Source: a virus (lineage: Duplodnaviria > Caudoviricetes). Taken from it: a stretch of DNA of 64,000 nt. Position numbers and translations under genes: made by a program. The notes beneath the pieces are model-generated. The model made no database searches. It saw only the letters and a program-made list of their open reading frames with translations, and had not been told where the DNA came from. Shown piece by piece: positions 55,767-64,000 of the stretch; position 1 is the first letter of the stretch; the number at the start of each line of letters is the position of its first letter. Location: the IMG/VR virus record IMGVR_UViG_3300032219_002522, positions 51,840-115,839 of that record, one strand, 5' to 3'.

Positions 55767-56710
55767 TAAAAGAATTATTAACAGAAAAATTAAGACCAAA
55801 GGAATTAAAACATATGATCCTTCCACAAAGGATCAAGGGATCTTTTGAAAACGGGCTTCAACAAAATGTTTTATTAGCAGGATCCCCAGGATCAGGTAAA
55901 ACAAGTATGGCTAAAATTCTAATAAAGAACCATCCATACATTTTTATAAATGTCTCTGATGAGAGCTCAGTTGAAACAATTAGAACCAAAGTACACGATT
56001 TCTGCTCTACAGTTTCTATATTAGACGGAGAGAATCAGATTAAGATTGTGGTATTAGATGAGTTCGACGGTGCATCAGATCAGTTCTACAAAGCTTTAAG
56101 AGGTACAATAGAGAAATATGCTAGAACAACAAGATTTGTTGCTACATGTAACTATTTAAGTAAAATTCCAGATGCTATTAGATCAAGATTTGAAGTTTAT
56201 GATTTTGATCCTATGAGTAAGGATGAGGAAAACGAGATAAAGAACCAATGGCAAGATCGTGTTTCTAAAATACTTAATCTTATGGAAATAAATCACGACG
56301 ACAGAAGTCTTGAGCTATTTACAAAGAAGTATTTTCCTGATATGAGATCTGCACTAAATACCATACAGAGATGGCAAATAGATGGAGTAACAGATCTAAC
56401 AGAAAGTAAAATAAACGAAATAACATTCGACCATGAGGAAGTTTTTAATATGGTTTTATCTAAGCCAGATCCAATTGGAAACTATCAATATGTAGTTGGC
56501 CAATATTCAGGTAGGGTTGATGAGGTTATGGCTTCTTTAAGCTCTGACTTTATTAAATGGATAGAAGAAAAAAATCCACAGAAATTAAATCTGATCCCAT
56601 CAATAGTTATTACTGTTGCTAGATATCAATCTCAAAGAAGTCAGGTAATTGATCCAATAGTTAGTTTGCTAGCTTTAATATTTGAACTTCAGCAGATGTT
56701 CAACAAATGA
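55763..56710 (+). CDS. Sliding-clamp loader large subunit (gp44/RFC-like)
   Basis: EKLRP, GSPGSGKT, LDEFD, ALRGTIE, SRF, FPDMR. Confidence 0.93.
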   Translation: MIKELLTEKLRPKELKHMILPQRIKGSFENGLQQNVLLAGSPGSGKTSMAKILIKNHPYIFINVSDESSVETIRTKVHDFCSTVSILDGENQIKIVVLDEFDGASDQFYKALRGTIEKYARTTRFVATCNYLSKIPDAIRSRFEVYDFDPMSKDEENEIKNQWQDRVSKILNLMEINHDDRSLELFTKKYFPDMRSALNTIQRWQIDGVTDLTESKINEITFDHEEVFNMVLSKPDPIGNYQYVVGQYSGRVDEVMASLSSDFIKWIEEKNPQKLNLIPSIVITVARYQSQRSQVIDPIVSLLALIFELQQMFNK

Positions 56711-56712
56711 CC

Positions 56713-56761
56713 AGTATACTACTCGTTATGTCAGAAAACCAATGATAACGAGTAGTATACT
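56713..56761. repeat. Perfect 17-bp inverted repeat with 15-nt spacer
   Basis: AGTATACTACTCGTTAT (56713-29) / ATAACGAGTAGTATACT (56745-61). Confidence 0.9.
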
Positions 56762-56775
56762 ATACAAAAAATAAT

Positions 56776-57246
56776 ATGAAAGGAAAAATAATAATAGTAG
56801 GTCCTGGGGGATCAGGAAAAGATTTTCTCAGAAAAAAAATGGTAGATAAAGGATTCGAATATGGCGTATCTTTTACTAGTAGACCTCCACGGGAAGGGGA
56901 GAAAGAAGGAATAGATTATTATTATAGGGATGAAGATTTTTTTAAATCCAACGATGAAATATTTCTAGAACTACAAGAATTTAATGGGTGGAGATACGGA
57001 ATATCCAAGGGAGAATTTTCAATAAAGAATCTTTTCATTCTTAGCCCCGCAGGTCTTAGAAGTTTATCTAAATCATTTAGAGACGAATCTTTCGTTATTT
57101 ATTTGAATCCTGCAGAGGATACAAGGGTTAAAAGATTGCAAGAAAGAAATGATGCAGATGATACCGAAAGAAGATTAATCGCGGATCAGAAGGATTTTTT
57201 TGAATTTTCAGACTATGATATAATGATAACAAATGAAGATTTTTAA
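56776..57246 (+). CDS. Guanylate kinase-like NMP kinase
   Basis: GPGGSGKD, TSRPPREGEKEGIDYY, FNGWRYG. Confidence 0.88.
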   Translation: MKGKIIIVGPGGSGKDFLRKKMVDKGFEYGVSFTSRPPREGEKEGIDYYYRDEDFFKSNDEIFLELQEFNGWRYGISKGEFSIKNLFILSPAGLRSLSKSFRDESFVIYLNPAEDTRVKRLQERNDADDTERRLIADQKDFFEFSDYDIMITNEDF

Positions 57247-57249
57247 AAT

Positions 57250-58380
57250 ATGACAATAGTGGTGGTGGATGGGAACTATATTTTCCATAAGACCTTTGGG
57301 ATATTTTCCGGATTTGGTAGTAAAAATCCAGGCGATATTTTATCATCAGAGGCGGAGAGAAATATGTTTGTAAGAAAAGTTATAACAGATTTATGTTATT
57401 CCTTAAAACAGATCCCAGGGATCGATAAAGTAATATTCTGTAAAGATTCAAGATCCTGGAGAAAGGACTACAAGATTACAAGAAGTGTATATAAGGAAAG
57501 TAGAGTAAAAGGAGAAGGAGTAGATTGGGGATCTTTTTTTAGAATCATGGACGAGTTTTCTGAATATCTAGAAGAGAATGGATTTATATACAGTTCATAC
57601 AAAGGAGCGGAAGGCGACGATTTAATTTGGGGATGGTGTGATTACTTAAGGGGTAAAGCAGAATGTGTAATAGTTATCAGTGGAGATAAAGATATGCACC
57701 AGCTTGTAAGATACGATGAATCTGGATGGGTAGGTATCTGGAATAGTAATTCCAAAAATAACAAACTAATAGTTTCTGATAATTGGGAGAAGGAAATTCC
57801 TTCCGAAACAAGCATATTTGATGTTAATCCTTTATCCGGATCTAATGACTCTGGTATAGACAAACTTCTTTCTTCGTGTTCATTAGAAAGAATAAACACC
57901 AAAGAATACATCTTTAAAAAAATCCTAATGGGAGATAAAAAAGACGATGTCCCTGGTGTTTATCCGTACGAAACTAAGAATGGTAAAAAATCTAATATAG
58001 CGGAGGGTAAAGCTAATAAAATATGGGAATTATACACCCAAACCGAATGGTTATCATATTCTATGGAAGATTTATGGGATCATCGAGAATTTTTAGAATG
58101 GGTATCTGGATTATCACTAAGATTAATATCACAAACGGACAACGTTGAAAATAGGGAAAGATTTAAAAAATTCTATGAAGAGAATGCTAGATTAGTTTGG
58201 TTAAATTCTAGAACTATTCCTAGAAATATGGTAGAAGGATTAAGAAGCCATATACAAGAATTAGATTCTAAGGAAAGACTTCCTTTAATAATGGATAAAA
58301 AAGAAATGATTGAAAAATCCCCATGGGCTAGCGAAGCTAAACCACCTAAAGGATTTGATCCATTCGAACTATTTAACTAA
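57250..58380 (+). CDS. 5'-3' exonuclease / T4 RNase H-like
   Basis: VDGN, DSRSWRK, YKESR, EGDD, SGDKD, GDKKDDVP. Confidence 0.9.
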   Translation: MTIVVVDGNYIFHKTFGIFSGFGSKNPGDILSSEAERNMFVRKVITDLCYSLKQIPGIDKVIFCKDSRSWRKDYKITRSVYKESRVKGEGVDWGSFFRIMDEFSEYLEENGFIYSSYKGAEGDDLIWGWCDYLRGKAECVIVISGDKDMHQLVRYDESGWVGIWNSNSKNNKLIVSDNWEKEIPSETSIFDVNPLSGSNDSGIDKLLSSCSLERINTKEYIFKKILMGDKKDDVPGVYPYETKNGKKSNIAEGKANKIWELYTQTEWLSYSMEDLWDHREFLEWVSGLSLRLISQTDNVENRERFKKFYEENARLVWLNSRTIPRNMVEGLRSHIQELDSKERLPLIMDKKEMIEKSPWASEAKPPKGFDPFELFN

Positions 58381-58781
58381 TGAATAATCCATTCGATATA
58401 ATAAAATCTTTTTATTCCAAATCTTGGGATAAAATAAATGACAGAGATAAAGCTAGGAATTTATTCATGGTTAATAGAATATGTTCAATAGCATATCCTC
58501 TTCAAGCTAACTCTTTCAATAATATAAAGATCCAAGGGGAGAAAGTTATAGATTTTTGGAGAGTTTTTGTAAGACATCACAATAAAAGCGTACCTTCTTG
58601 GATATGGACCAAGACTGTAAAGAAAGAGAAGGAAAAGGAGAAAAAAGAATACAAAGAAGATGTTATAAACTTCATTAAGGAAAAATACGATCTATCCAAT
58701 AGGGAAATAGATGAGCTAAAGAATTTTTTTCCAGCCAAATTCAATATTTTTTACAAAGAGATCGAAACGCTGATAAGTTAG
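58380..58781 (+). CDS. Clamp loader small subunit (gp62-like)
   Basis: NPFDIIKS...FMVNRICS...W.KT...IKEKYDLS pattern. Confidence 0.6.
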   Translation: MNNPFDIIKSFYSKSWDKINDRDKARNLFMVNRICSIAYPLQANSFNNIKIQGEKVIDFWRVFVRHHNKSVPSWIWTKTVKKEKEKEKKEYKEDVINFIKEKYDLSNREIDELKNFFPAKFNIFYKEIETLIS

Positions 58782-58828
58782 ATTGATATTTGAATTCCGG
58801 ATATATATTCTAAACATAATATTCCGGG

Positions 58829-61825
58829 ATGAAGGAACTTAATCAGATCACGATAAAACAGTTGTTAGCTTCTAATACCATAGGGGCCAATAATTCTATT
58901 ACAAATGCTAATTTTGCTCAATTACAAGAAGCTATACTTCTGATTAACAGAGCTTTCGGTATTTCTATACAGGATAAGACCCTAAACTTTCCAACTGGTA
59001 AAATCACTACAGGAACAATAACTGCAGATATTCTAAGATTACCAGTATCTGGAAATGCCTCAATACAGTTAAGAGGAAATAGCGGAGAAATAACAGCTAA
59101 CGGATTAAGTACAGTTAATGATATTTTTGCAGGTGGAGATGTCTTAATAGGAACTTCTAATACAGGAGGAAGATTAAAATTAATATTAGATAAAACTTAC
59201 ATAAATGAATCATTAAAGCCAGGGACCCCTGGACAGATAAGATTCGTTGGGGGAGATTACGAAGCTTTCTTAAATTTTGGAGAGACTCAAGCTTCTTTCT
59301 CTTTCGATATAGGATCTACAGGAATAAATGGTCAAACTGTAGCAGTATTATATAATGGCGCAACTGCAGGCCAGGCATCTTGGGTAACTAATAACGTTTT
59401 AACAGCTCAATCATTAGTAGATAACATTTTATTAAATCCTTCCGGACCTTGTTTAGCTGATTATTCATTAAATACAGTTACAGTAATAGCATTACCGGGA
59501 CTTGGAGCTTCTGGTAACGGTGTTTCAATAAGTGTATCTGGTAATATACCAGTTAGTACAACTGGAGGTTTAATGACAGGAGGAGCCAATGGAACTGGTG
59601 CTTGGGTTTCTATAATAGGATCACAAGGGGTAACCGGTGCTACTGGACCAGGAGGTCCTGGTGGTGGTCCCACCGGAGCAACAGGAGCAACAGGATCTAC
59701 TGGTGTTACTGGATCTACAGGAGAAACTGGTGCTACTGGACCAATAGGATCAACTGGAGCTACAGGAGCTACAGGAGCAGCTTCTAATGTTACTGGACCT
59801 ACTGGAGAAACAGGTGCTACTGGACCTACAGGACCAAACGGAGCTAAAGGATCTCCTGGATCACAAGGGGTAACAGGTACTACTGGACCTACAGGACCTA
59901 CAGGAGCAGCAGGAACCGCTGGTAGTAATGGTGCTACTGGTGCTACTGGTCCCACAGGAGCTACTGGTGCTACTGGACCAACAGGAGCTACTGGATCAAA
60001 TTGGTACACAGGATCAGGAGTACCTAGTAATTTACTTGGATCGGACGGGGATTTATATCTAGATGGTGATACTGGAGATGTATATGAAAAATCTGGAGGT
60101 ATATGGAATATCCAATATAACATAAAAGGACCTACTGGATCAACAGGAGCTACAGGAGAAACCGGATCTACAGGACCTACTGGTACTACTGGTGATACCG
60201 GACCTACAGGACCTGCTGGGCCAACTGGGGAAACTGGTGCTACTGGTCCTGCTGGCGCACCATCACCTTTAGGATATGCGGATTTAAGTAAGTTTAGTAC
60301 AACACAAACTATGAGCTCCGGTGCTATTATCCCGGTTAGATTTGACACAACCAACCTTATAGACACAAACGTTTTTGCTACTGGTGATTTTACAAGCTCA
60401 GGAGTTACTGGTACTTACATTGAAACATTAGCAGACGGCCAGTATTTTGTAACTTATAAAGTTGGATTGGAACACACCGCTACAGGAGGTGATAGTTTTA
60501 TTTCTACAAGTTTATGGAAAAGTGTTACTTCACCAGTGGAGGTTACTAACTTTAGAGGATTCACAACACTCGAGGATGTTACTGGCAGTAGTAATGTACC
60601 GTATAATTTAGTAACAGTAACTGGTATAATAGACGCGGTTGCTGGCGATAAGTATTGGGTTAAAACTTCTTACCAAGCAGGAGGTGCCGGTTCCGTAGAC
60701 GTTACAAACAGTGATACAGGATTTAATATCATATCTCTTGTAGGTACATCAGGTGTAACTGGAGCAACAGGAGCAGGAGGAACAATTGCTCATTGGGGTT
60801 CTTTCTGGGACACAACAACACAAACAAACGCAGGAGCTACCGCTGAAAATTTAATGACGTTCAACTCCTCCGATACCAATAACTACGGAATAACAGTACA
60901 GAATAGCTCAGAAATAACTTTCTCTGCTGATGGAGTTTATAACATACAATTTTCTGCTCAATTTGACAAAACCGATGCGGGGGTAGATTCATTTGATATC
61001 TGGTTCAAGAAGAATGGATCAAATATAGCACAATCTAATTCAACCTCCACAATATACGATAATGATGGTAAAATAATAGCAGCGTGGAATTATATGACAC
61101 AGTTAGATGCTGGAGATTATATAGAAGTAGCTTGGAGCTCTGCTGACGTTGATATGAGAATAGAAGCTACTGGAACAAATACTGGTCCAACTAGGCCTGC
61201 GATTCCTTCAGTGATACTTACAGCACACCAAATAACTTATCAAGGAGCTACTGGTCCAACTGGAGCTACTGGATCTGGAGCTACTGGAGCTACTGGACCA
61301 ACAGGTGCTACTGGAGCTACGGGTTCCACCGGAGCTACTGGAGCTACTGGACCTACTGGACCTACTGGAGGAACCGGACCTACTGGAGGAACTGGACCTA
61401 CTGGATCTGGAGCTACTGGACCAACAGGTGCTACTGGACCTGCAGGACCTATCGCAAAATACGTACTCAAAGTACAATTTGATGGTTCAGGTAACGTTGA
61501 TTCAGTAACGCCTTTCCCCGCAGCAAACGACGCATCCGGTAATACTATAACATCCGGAGTTGGAGGTTGGTTATTTACTAGAAATAGTGGTACCCAAATA
61601 ACTATAACACATCCTGAAGGAGTGCCCGCTTTAGATATACAAACTCACGCACAAAGTGGATCTAGTTACGTATCTAGAACAATCACTGGTGCTAGAGCAG
61701 GTAACTACGTTATACAGAACAATAGTTCATTCACAATTTACGGGATAAATCTAACAAATTTGGGGGGTAGTGGAACATACGCATACGTCACTTGGAACTT
61801 CCCTACAAATAATATTTTTATCTAA
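58829..61825 (+). CDS. Collagen-like (G-X-T) tail/head fibre protein with C1q-like globular domains
   Basis: Long GATGPT tracts at about 59630-60260 and 61240-61450, separated by beta-rich domains. Confidence 0.85.
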   Translation: MKELNQITIKQLLASNTIGANNSITNANFAQLQEAILLINRAFGISIQDKTLNFPTGKITTGTITADILRLPVSGNASIQLRGNSGEITANGLSTVNDIFAGGDVLIGTSNTGGRLKLILDKTYINESLKPGTPGQIRFVGGDYEAFLNFGETQASFSFDIGSTGINGQTVAVLYNGATAGQASWVTNNVLTAQSLVDNILLNPSGPCLADYSLNTVTVIALPGLGASGNGVSISVSGNIPVSTTGGLMTGGANGTGAWVSIIGSQGVTGATGPGGPGGGPTGATGATGSTGVTGSTGETGATGPIGSTGATGATGAASNVTGPTGETGATGPTGPNGAKGSPGSQGVTGTTGPTGPTGAAGTAGSNGATGATGPTGATGATGPTGATGSNWYTGSGVPSNLLGSDGDLYLDGDTGDVYEKSGGIWNIQYNIKGPTGSTGATGETGSTGPTGTTGDTGPTGPAGPTGETGATGPAGAPSPLGYADLSKFSTTQTMSSGAIIPVRFDTTNLIDTNVFATGDFTSSGVTGTYIETLADGQYFVTYKVGLEHTATGGDSFISTSLWKSVTSPVEVTNFRGFTTLEDVTGSSNVPYNLVTVTGIIDAVAGDKYWVKTSYQAGGAGSVDVTNSDTGFNIISLVGTSGVTGATGAGGTIAHWGSFWDTTTQTNAGATAENLMTFNSSDTNNYGITVQNSSEITFSADGVYNIQFSAQFDKTDAGVDSFDIWFKKNGSNIAQSNSTSTIYDNDGKIIAAWNYMTQLDAGDYIEVAWSSADVDMRIEATGTNTGPTRPAIPSVILTAHQITYQGATGPTGATGSGATGATGPTGATGATGSTGATGATGPTGPTGGTGPTGGTGPTGSGATGPTGATGPAGPIAKYVLKVQFDGSGNVDSVTPFPAANDASGNTITSGVGGWLFTRNSGTQITITHPEGVPALDIQTHAQSGSSYVSRTITGARAGNYVIQNNSSFTIYGINLTNLGGSGTYAYVTWNFPTNNIFI

Positions 61826-61888
61826 TTTTTCATTAGAGGATAATATTTTTTAGGGATAAATACTAATGATAAAATAAGATAAAATTAA

Positions 61889-64000
61889 ATGGCCCAAATA
61901 CCAGAACTACCTATAACAATGATCGCTTCCGTAAGGCCGGGATCAGTTATAGTTAGTAGCTTATATGAAAACAATGCAAGTGTGTGGGACAATTATCCTT
62001 CGTCCTTTGATTGTATCTTAGATATAATCCCTACACCGACATCGCAAGAGCCAAATTTTAATATAAACGGAAACGATCTTAAAGTTGGAATGTGGATTTT
62101 GCAGCCCAACGGTAATGCTTACGTGATTACTGAGATATCTGCATCTAGTGATTTTGAGGCATCTGTAACATTAAAAGATATAGATCTCTATAATTTAGTA
62201 AGTGATTATACATCAACGGGAAATAATTATCCAGTAGAAGGAATAAATGGTGTAAGTTTTGAAGTCTCTGAAGACGGAGCTCCTATTACAGCTTTGATTG
62301 CAACGGCTTTAGCACCAAACTTGGACGATTCTGGATATTGGATAGATGATGCTTTAGCAAGATTTCAATACAGAAATATAGTTAAAGCTAGTTATACCAC
62401 ATTCTATTCACCTAACCCATCATATAGTATTAACTCAGTGGGTGAAGTCGTTTATTTAGATCCTTATGGTGTTTTTACATTAGTTAATACAACAAACTCT
62501 GGACAGGTAGAGAAAGCATTCGGAGTTATTACTTCATTAAATGAGCCGGAGCAAGGAAATATAACAGTTAGACCTTTTGGTAGAATAGTAACAACAGATT
62601 TTCAGTTACCAGGATCAATAGGAGATGTCTTATATTTTGCTCCTACTGCCTCACCGTCATTTGTAACGAACATTAAACCTACAGTTGGTGTTATACCAGT
62701 CTATATTAAAATAAGCGATTATACGGCTTCTTTTTTATATCCCGCATCTGGATCAGGAGGTACAGGAACTTCAGGAACTAGTGGAACAGATGGTACTAGC
62801 GGAACCTCAGGAATTGATGGATCATCAGGTACCTCGGGAACAGACGGAACTAGTGGAACTTCAGGAACAGATGGAACTAGTGGAACAGATGGAACTAGTG
62901 GAACAGATGGAACTAGTGGATCTTCAGGAACAGATGGCACTAGTGGAACAGATGGCACTAGTGGATCTTCAGGAACAGACGGAACTAGTGGAACTTCAGG
63001 AACAGATGGAACTAGTGGAACAGACGGAACTAGTGGATCTTCAGGAACAGACGGAACATCAGGATCTTCAGGAACAGACGGAACTAGTGGAACATCAGGA
63101 TCTTCGGGAACAGACGGAACTAGTGGAACATCAGGATCTTCAGGAACAGACGGAACTAGTGGAACATCAGGATCTAGTGGAACAGACGGAACATCCGGAT
63201 CTAGTGGAACAGACGGAACTAGTGGATCTTCAGGAACAGACGGAACATCAGGATCTAGTGGAACAGACGGAACTAGTGGATCTTCAGGATCTTCAGGAAC
63301 AGACGGAACATCAGGAACATCAGGATCCTCAGGAACAGATGGAACTAGTGGATCTTCGGGAACAGACGGAACATCAGGATCTTCAGGAACTTCAGGAACA
63401 GACGGAACTAGTGGATCTTCAGGAACAGACGGAACATCAGGATCTAGTGGAACAGACGGAACTAGTGGATCCTCAGGAACAGACGGAACATCAGGATCTA
63501 GTGGAACAGACGGAACTAGTGGATCTTCAGGATCTTCAGGAACTAGTGGATCTTCAGGAACAGACGGAACTAGTGGATCTAGTGGAACATCAGGATCTTC
63601 AGGAACAGACGGAACTAGTGGATCTTCAGGATCTAGCGGAACTTCTGGATTAAGCGGAGTTGATGGATCTTCAGGAACATCAGGATCTTCAGGAACAGGC
63701 GGAACTAGTGGAACATCAGGATCTTCAGGAACAGACGGAACTAGTGGATCATCAGGATCAAGCGGAACATCGGGATCTAGTGGATCAAGTGGAACATCAG
63801 GATCTTCAGGAACAGACGGAACAGCAGGATCTTCTGGAACTTCAGGTTCTTCAGGAACTAGTGGTTCAAGTGGATCATCAGGTACCTCGGGAACTTCTGG
63901 ATCAGCAGGAACTAGTGGCTCATCAGGAACAAGTGGATCTAGTGGCTCATCAGGAACATCAGGATCAAGTGGAACTTCTGGATCAAGTGGAACTTCTGGA
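61889..64000 (+). CDS. Fibre/surface protein with long Gly-(Thr/Ser)-(Ser/Asp) repeat, 3'-truncated
   Basis: ATG 61889 (MAQIPELPITM...), frame open to the window end; missing from the track because there is no stop. Confidence 0.85.
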   Translation, partial: MAQIPELPITMIASVRPGSVIVSSLYENNASVWDNYPSSFDCILDIIPTPTSQEPNFNINGNDLKVGMWILQPNGNAYVITEISASSDFEASVTLKDIDLYNLVSDYTSTGNNYPVEGINGVSFEVSEDGAPITALIATALAPNLDDSGYWIDDALARFQYRNIVKASYTTFYSPNPSYSINSVGEVVYLDPYGVFTLVNTTNSGQVEKAFGVITSLNEPEQGNITVRPFGRIVTTDFQLPGSIGDVLYFAPTASPSFVTNIKPTVGVIPVYIKISDYTASFLYPASGSGGTGTSGTSGTDGTSGTSGIDGSSGTSGTDGTSGTSGTDGTSGTDGTSGTDGTSGSSGTDGTSGTDGTSGSSGTDGTSGTSGTDGTSGTDGTSGSSGTDGTSGSSGTDGTSGTSGSSGTDGTSGTSGSSGTDGTSGTSGSSGTDGTSGSSGTDGTSGSSGTDGTSGSSGTDGTSGSSGSSGTDGTSGTSGSSGTDGTSGSSGTDGTSGSSGTSGTDGTSGSSGTDGTSGSSGTDGTSGSSGTDGTSGSSGTDGTSGSSGSSGTSGSSGTDGTSGSSGTSGSSGTDGTSGSSGSSGTSGLSGVDGSSGTSGSSGTGGTSGTSGSSGTDGTSGSSGSSGTSGSSGSSGTSGSSGTDGTAGSSGTSGSSGTSGSSGSSGTSGTSGSAGTSGSSGTSGSSGSSGTSGSSGTSGSSGTSG
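62750..64000 (+). repeat. Coding 9-bp-unit tandem repeat (GGAACTAGT / GGATCTTCA / GGAACAGAC) encoding GTS/GSS/GTD
   Basis: Directly visible low-complexity repeat. Confidence 0.95.

Noticed and set aside
59461-61508. Antisense or off-frame PVAPV-type ORFs
   Set aside because: Shadows of the collagen-like repeats.
62781-63653. 290-aa EQTELVDLQ-repeat ORF and antisense VP-repeat ORF
   Set aside because: Alternative frames of the GTS/GTD repeat within the CDS starting at 61889.
62750-64000. CRISPR array or DNA-level satellite
   Set aside because: No constant repeat with unique spacers; in-frame 9-bp coding units. No CRISPR array was seen anywhere in the window.
1-64000. Stop-codon reassignment as in some huge phages
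   Set aside because: Core genes are intact in code 11 and end with TAA, TAG or TGA; no canonical suppressor tRNA was found.

Overview
AT-rich 64-kb segment of a T4-like (myovirus) jumbo/huge phage genome. The host is most likely in Bacteroidota, judging from TAnnTTTG promoters, A-rich start contexts without Shine-Dalgarno sites, and boxA-like elements; the genetic code is standard. Left part (1-20 kb): accessory genes (rhomboid protease, PA14, DUF1566-like, HNH, IMPDH/GMP reductase, dCMP-type thymidylate-synthase homologue, lysozyme-like, PT-TG, SET) and two tRNA clusters (13 tRNAs plus one aberrant tRNA-like RNA). Middle and right: T4-like core (UvsX, gp41, gp47/46, gp15/14-like, terminase, sheath, two tube genes, gp26/51-like, ECF sigma, gp55, gp4, gp2, two portal genes, ligase, clamp loader, RNase H, Gly-X-X fibre genes). 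Main finding: each tRNA cluster is preceded by promoter -> short leader ORF -> mutually exclusive antiterminator/terminator -> boxA-like site. The leader codons match, isoacceptor by isoacceptor, the anticodons of the tRNAs in that cluster. This looks like a ribosome-stalling attenuator that turns on phage tRNA supply when those host tRNAs run short. Also notable: a probable -1 frameshift (A_AAA_AAG plus hairpin) at 48.5 kb, a possible +1 frameshift at the gp26/gp51-like pair, three promoter classes, and a recurrent capsid-targeting-like N-terminal motif. All calls come from reading motifs by eye; no database search or folding program was run.
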